From Lama glama (Eukaryota): a DNA stretch of 64,000 nucleotides. The translations under genes and the position numbers were made by a program. The DNA lies in assembly GCA_028534125.1 (NCBI GenBank), contig CM052816.1:32552001-32616000 (forward strand). Reading direction: 5' to 3'. Position 1 is the first letter of the stretch, and each line of letters opens with the position of its first letter. Below the pieces are notes generated by a model. It was not told the origin of the DNA. It saw nothing but the letters and a program-made list of their open reading frames with translations, and ran no database searches. Of the stretch, positions 59,659 through 64,000 are shown piece by piece.

Positions 59659-61204
59659 TGTGTTTATTTTTGTCTCATTTGTCATTGGTTAAATTTTATT
59701 CATACTCTTTTAAAAGAACTGGCTGTTGGAATTGTATGTGGATATTGGGGTTGAACTTTGAAAACTGTACAGAATATCATGATGGAACTGACTCTTCTCT
59801 GTCATCATTATTTTATAATTAGAAATACAGCTTTTATGTTGAACAGAAGAGGTTTTGTAACCATGCAACCATCTCCCCAGTGGGAACATCCAGGGCTTGC
59901 CCCCAATGAAATGTTTCATCTGTGTTTCAAAGCTTTTAAAGAGTATGTGAAAGAAACATTCATTCAGGTCAAATTGTGTTGGCATATGCTTTGGAGATGT
60001 TCTTATTTTATGCAGACTTTCATGATCCATCATGAGATAATTTTGTTTGTACAAAGGAAATGGAGTAAAATTTCCTTCTGCATCCTTTCTGTTTCTCATC
60101 TTTATCCTCTAAGAGGACTTCCGCCATTCTTTTGTCATCACCATACATCAGGAAGATGAATATGTAATAAAATCCACCCTCCTGCAACGTTAATAGCTCA
60201 AGAAACAAAGGCTTGAAATAAGGCTAAAGAAGGAGAACTGGAAATGAATAGTGGTGAAGCGTAAGCAACTGTGAATTTCCAGAAAATATTTATGAGCTGA
60301 TTTAAATACTAACGAGCTGGTAGTCTAACAGCAGCAGCAAGAAGACTATGATACAGGAGCGCAAAGTCTCAGCTGAGCCGTGGGTTGTCTCATGTCTGCA
60401 CAAGCTGTAGTCGAGTGGCCACATTTTAAGTCTCCTGCTACACAGACATTTCAAAATGCTGTTAAGTGAGAAATTGACATTTCCCCACTGATTTCAGTTT
60501 TTTATTTCTGCCATAGTACTTACCAAACGATTTGAATCAATTCTATCTTGAAAAAGGTATCTAGGGCCTGAATATAAAAATCGCTTTGCCCAACCCTTTT
60601 ATCTCAATGACTACTGTATTAGGAAAGACTCTTTCACTTTCCTTTTCTGTCCCCTTTCAGAATCTGCCAAATAGCCTCTCCTTTCAGGTTCCTATGTAGC
60701 AGCATGAACGATGTCTCCAGAGTGTAGTAAGAGGTAATTTATCTGAAAATATCTTCTGTCCCAGCCTGACTGCAGAAAATACTTCACTTGCCTATAGGTT
60801 AGAAAAGATTAAAAAACACTTGCTATCATAATAAAATAAACTTAACTTCCGAAGGGCTTTTTACATATATTGCCTTGGGCCTGACAATCTGCTGACTTGA
60901 TCCAAAATAAACAACTGGCTTTTACATTTCTAAATCATAATTCAAAGTTCCACACACAGAATTGCTGTTAGGGCTTATTCAATGGGGATTTTTTTTTTAG
61001 AGGGGGGTGCATTTTTCCTAACATGAAGATGCTAAGTAAGACAAAGAGAAAAATAGGAGGGCCAACCCAGAGAGTCTCTGAAAAATTAGTCATCTTTAGA
61101 ATCGGGGAGCTATAAATCCCAAAAGTTAGATGACAGAGAGTTGAGTCACATCATCTAGAAATCTTGTACCAGTTGTGCTGCCCCAGGGACATGATGGCTC
61201 GCAG

Positions 61205-61435
61205 GCCTGGGACTGGACCAAGATGAATGAGATATTCACCTTGGGTTCAAAAATTAAGGCAGCATCTGAAAAAACCTCAATAATCAAGATAAATACTATT
61301 TTTATGCAATAGTTTGAAAATCAAAATTAATGCAAAAAGTCAATAGTGAACTAAAATGCACAATTTTAAATAAAAATAGGATCCAGCAATGCCATGCCAA
61401 GCTATATTGGAGCCTGAGGCAAAAGGGAAAAAATT
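61205..61435. mobile_element. hAT-Tip100 MITE, MER96B-like (may extend further right)
   Basis: caaaa.ttaagg..ctca.taatcaagataaata..aaaatcaaaattaatgcaaaaa..tattggagcctgaggcaaaagg. Confidence 0.7.
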
Positions 61436-61819
61436 GCACCCCTATATACATGATTTTGTGTTTAATTTTTTTTTTCAGAAATAGATTGTGAATATATTAC
61501 TGATAATTTGCTGTATTAAATCCAGGAAAGTACAATGATAAAAAATTCTGTTTGGGGTATAAGTCAAACATTTGAACTTAATGTTGTAAATTTTTATACA
61601 CCTGCTTTTCCAGTTTTCCATATTTTTTCAACTACATGGACATTTTGGTTAGAACTCTGCTGTGGTAGCACTGCATAGAGCTGACCCAGAAGATGCGTTA
61701 AATTTGTTAATATGCAAGGCTGAGAAACCCACCTGAAGGCAGTGTTAAGAACTCTTGTCAAGGGTGTTCTGTATTTGTATGACTATATTTCATGTTCCAC
61801 ACAATACTGGTGGACCACT

Positions 61820-62371
61820 GTATTAGGATGCTACAATTACAGATGACTCATTGTTCATTACTCAACAGTGAAGAAAATTTATTTTCAAGAAGTCCTAACT
61901 AAGGAAGAGCGGCTGCAAAGTGGTTAAATTCAACATCTCAGTAACACCTACCAGGATCCGAGTTCCTTTCATCGTCCTGCTCTGCCAAACATAGCAATTG
62001 GCTTCGCCTTTGGCAGTCTCCTCTCACAAGTAGAAAGTTGCTGTCTCAGTTCCTGGGTTCCCATGTGAACCTGACAATGCTTTGCAAAAGGGAAGAAGAG
62101 GAATTTTTCCCCCCTTTTTGGTCTCATTTTAAGACAGAGGAAAACTTTCTTAGAATCCCTCCAGCAAAACCTTTCCCACGTCTCATGGGCCAGAAAGAGG
62201 TCACATGCCACCATTGAAACCAGTCCCTGAGAAGACGAATAGCAGGCTTAGCTTAACCAAGATTTACCCTAAGCCACATGGAGGGATAGTCACCCAAGCA
62301 AAGTTAGGGTTTTGTTGCAAGGAAAATGGAGGAAATAGCTGGCAGCTGGGCAGCCAGCAATGTCTGCTACA
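61820..62371 (-). mobile_element. MaLR LTR, MLT1K-like
   Basis: tgtattaggatgct..ctttcatc.tcctgctctgcc..ttgctg.c.cagttcc..cgtctcat.ggccagaa..ggtcacatgcc..gcagcca.caatgtctgctaca. Confidence 0.75.
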
Positions 62372-62677
62372 AATGCCAATTGTGAGTGGTCAGACATTGG
62401 GGAGAAAATATATCACAAATCTCTGTATCAGGCTTATCATTCATCAGTGCAGGAAATGGCCATGATGTTGTGTAAGACAAACTGCAGAAATCTTCAATGA
62501 AACTATATAGTTCAATCCATACCTCCCAGCTGGCAGCAGGAGAAATTCCAAGTAGATCATAGAATTAAATGTGAAAACTTTACTGCTATTAAATAAACAC
62601 ATTGGAGAACTATATTATAATCTTTGAGTAGGAGAAGGCTTTCTAATTATGACTTAAAATCAAGAAGCTATAAAAGG

Positions 62678-63208
62678 AAGACATGGAAACAACCTAAATG
62701 TCCAGAACTGGATAAAGAAGCTATGGTATATATATATACAATGGAATACTACTCGGCCACAAAAAGAATAGAATAATGCCATTTGCAGCAACATGAATGG
62801 ACATGGAGATGGTCATTCTAAGTGAAGTAAGTCAGAAAGAGAAAGAAAAATACCATATAATATCGCTTATATGTGGAATCTTAAAAAAAAAAAGAAAAAA
62901 GAGGATACTAAAGAACTCATCTATAAAACAGAAACGGACTCACAAACATAGTAAACAGTCTTATGGTTACTGGGGGAAAGGGGGTAGGAAGGGATAAATT
63001 AGGCAGTTTAAGATTTGCAAATGTTAACCACTACATACAAAAAAAATTTTTTTAATTTCTTCTGTATAGCACAAGGAATTATATGCAATATTTCTTATAA
63101 TAACCTTTAATGAAAAAGAATATGAAAACAAATATATGTATGTATATACAAGACTGTATACCAGACATTGACACATTGTAACTGACTATAATTCAATTTA
63201 AAAAAAAA
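62678..63208 (+). mobile_element. Lineage-specific L1 3' end (ORF2 C-terminus, 3' UTR, A-tail) inserted in older L1ME sequence
   Basis: KTWKQPKC..; ORF 62797 MDMEMVILSEVSQKEKEKYHIISLICGI is the L1 ORF2 C-terminus; ends actgactataattcaatttaaaaaaaaa. Confidence 0.92.
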
Positions 63209-63214
63209 GCCAAC

Positions 63215-63640
63215 AAAAGTGGACTAATGAAATGAACTGTGGTGACCATACAGTAGATTATTATGCAGCTGTACAAAAGAACGAGTACATATCTGTATGC
63301 AGTGATACAGAAAGTTCTCTCAAACCTGAAGTTAAAAAAAGCAATGTACTCATCAGTTTGTATAATATGCCAAATTTTTTATAAAAAGAAAAGAAAAATA
63401 AGTATCATTAATTTCTCAAAAATACACATAATTATATGTGCTTTTACAAATATAAAGAAACTCTGAAGGAAATACTAGAAAAATAAGTGGTTACCTATAT
63501 TGGGGGGATGGCAAACTAGGAGAATGAAAGTTAAGGATAAGAATAAAATTTTTTGCTGTGTATCATTTATTTTTCTTTTGATTTGAACTATGTTTAAAGT
63601 ATTTGTTCAAAAGTTTAAATACAATTTATTAAAAATCTAT
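63215..63640 (+). mobile_element. Old L1ME 3' fragment
   Basis: aatgaactgtggt..ccatacagtaga.tattatgcagctgt.caaaagaa, gtggttacct. Confidence 0.65.
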
Positions 63641-64000
63641 GATTGTTTACTGTTGCCTACAGTTCCAATTCCAAGTCTTTAATTTGGGATTCAAGACAAA
63701 TCACAGTTTAGATCAAATCACCTTTTCCATGGTGAATTCCTGCTAATTTCTCCTCACCTCTACCTCCCACCCCTGCCACCCACCCACACACTGCCATCCC
63801 TGGAATCTCTCCTGAAAGATAATCACTGTTAATAATTTTCACTTCAGAAAAAATATATTATATATATACCTACATTTAATTTTAGCTATATAACATTTTT
63901 GAAAAAATTTTTGTCTGTGATTGTGTTTTTATTACATATTTTAAAGAATTTTCTGTATCATGAATTTTTCCATTTATTTATATATTTCGTATTCTTTATG

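Noticed and set aside
59710..60159. Overlapping antiparallel ORFs of 129 and 133 aa
   Set aside because: No recognisable homology or supporting splice structure; expected occasionally by chance. PhyloCSF would settle it.
62797..62997. 66-aa ORF with database-like sequence
   Set aside because: It is the L1 ORF2 C-terminus of a truncated element, not a host gene.
1..64000. A novel multi-gene system, CRISPR array, operon or protein-coding gene
   Set aside because: The DNA is mammalian and repeat-dominated. No ORF exceeds 141 aa, none forms a coherent exon chain, and there are no regularly spaced repeats with spacers.

Overview
Repeat-rich, AT-rich, CpG-depleted mammalian non-coding DNA (intergenic or intronic). 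It is most likely from a camelid: there are two copies of a tRNA-Ala(AGC)-derived SINE with the vic-1-type tail, cetartiodactyl-type L1 3' ends, and no Alu, Bov-tA/BovB or PRE1. I see no credible protein-coding exon, functional RNA gene, CRISPR array or prokaryotic feature. The listed ORFs are short, and the only recognisable peptides are transposon fossils (ERVL integrase/dUTPase, L1 ORF2 C-terminus). Much of the window is ancient eutherian repeats (MIR, L2, CR1/L3, L1M, MaLR/ERVL/ERV1 LTRs, hAT and Tc-mariner MITEs) with younger L1/SINE insertions, several retaining target-site duplications (TSDs). The best leads are: an ERVL proviral remnant whose 3' LTR (LTR41-like) has a strong CTCF motif and unusual CpG retention; an internally collapsed L1 with both ends and a perfect TSD; a tiny TTAA-flanked MITE; and several repeat-free, motif-dense enhancer candidates. 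I did not find a new biological system. Repeat family names come from recalled consensus sequences, not database searches, and boundaries are approximate unless a TSD is quoted.
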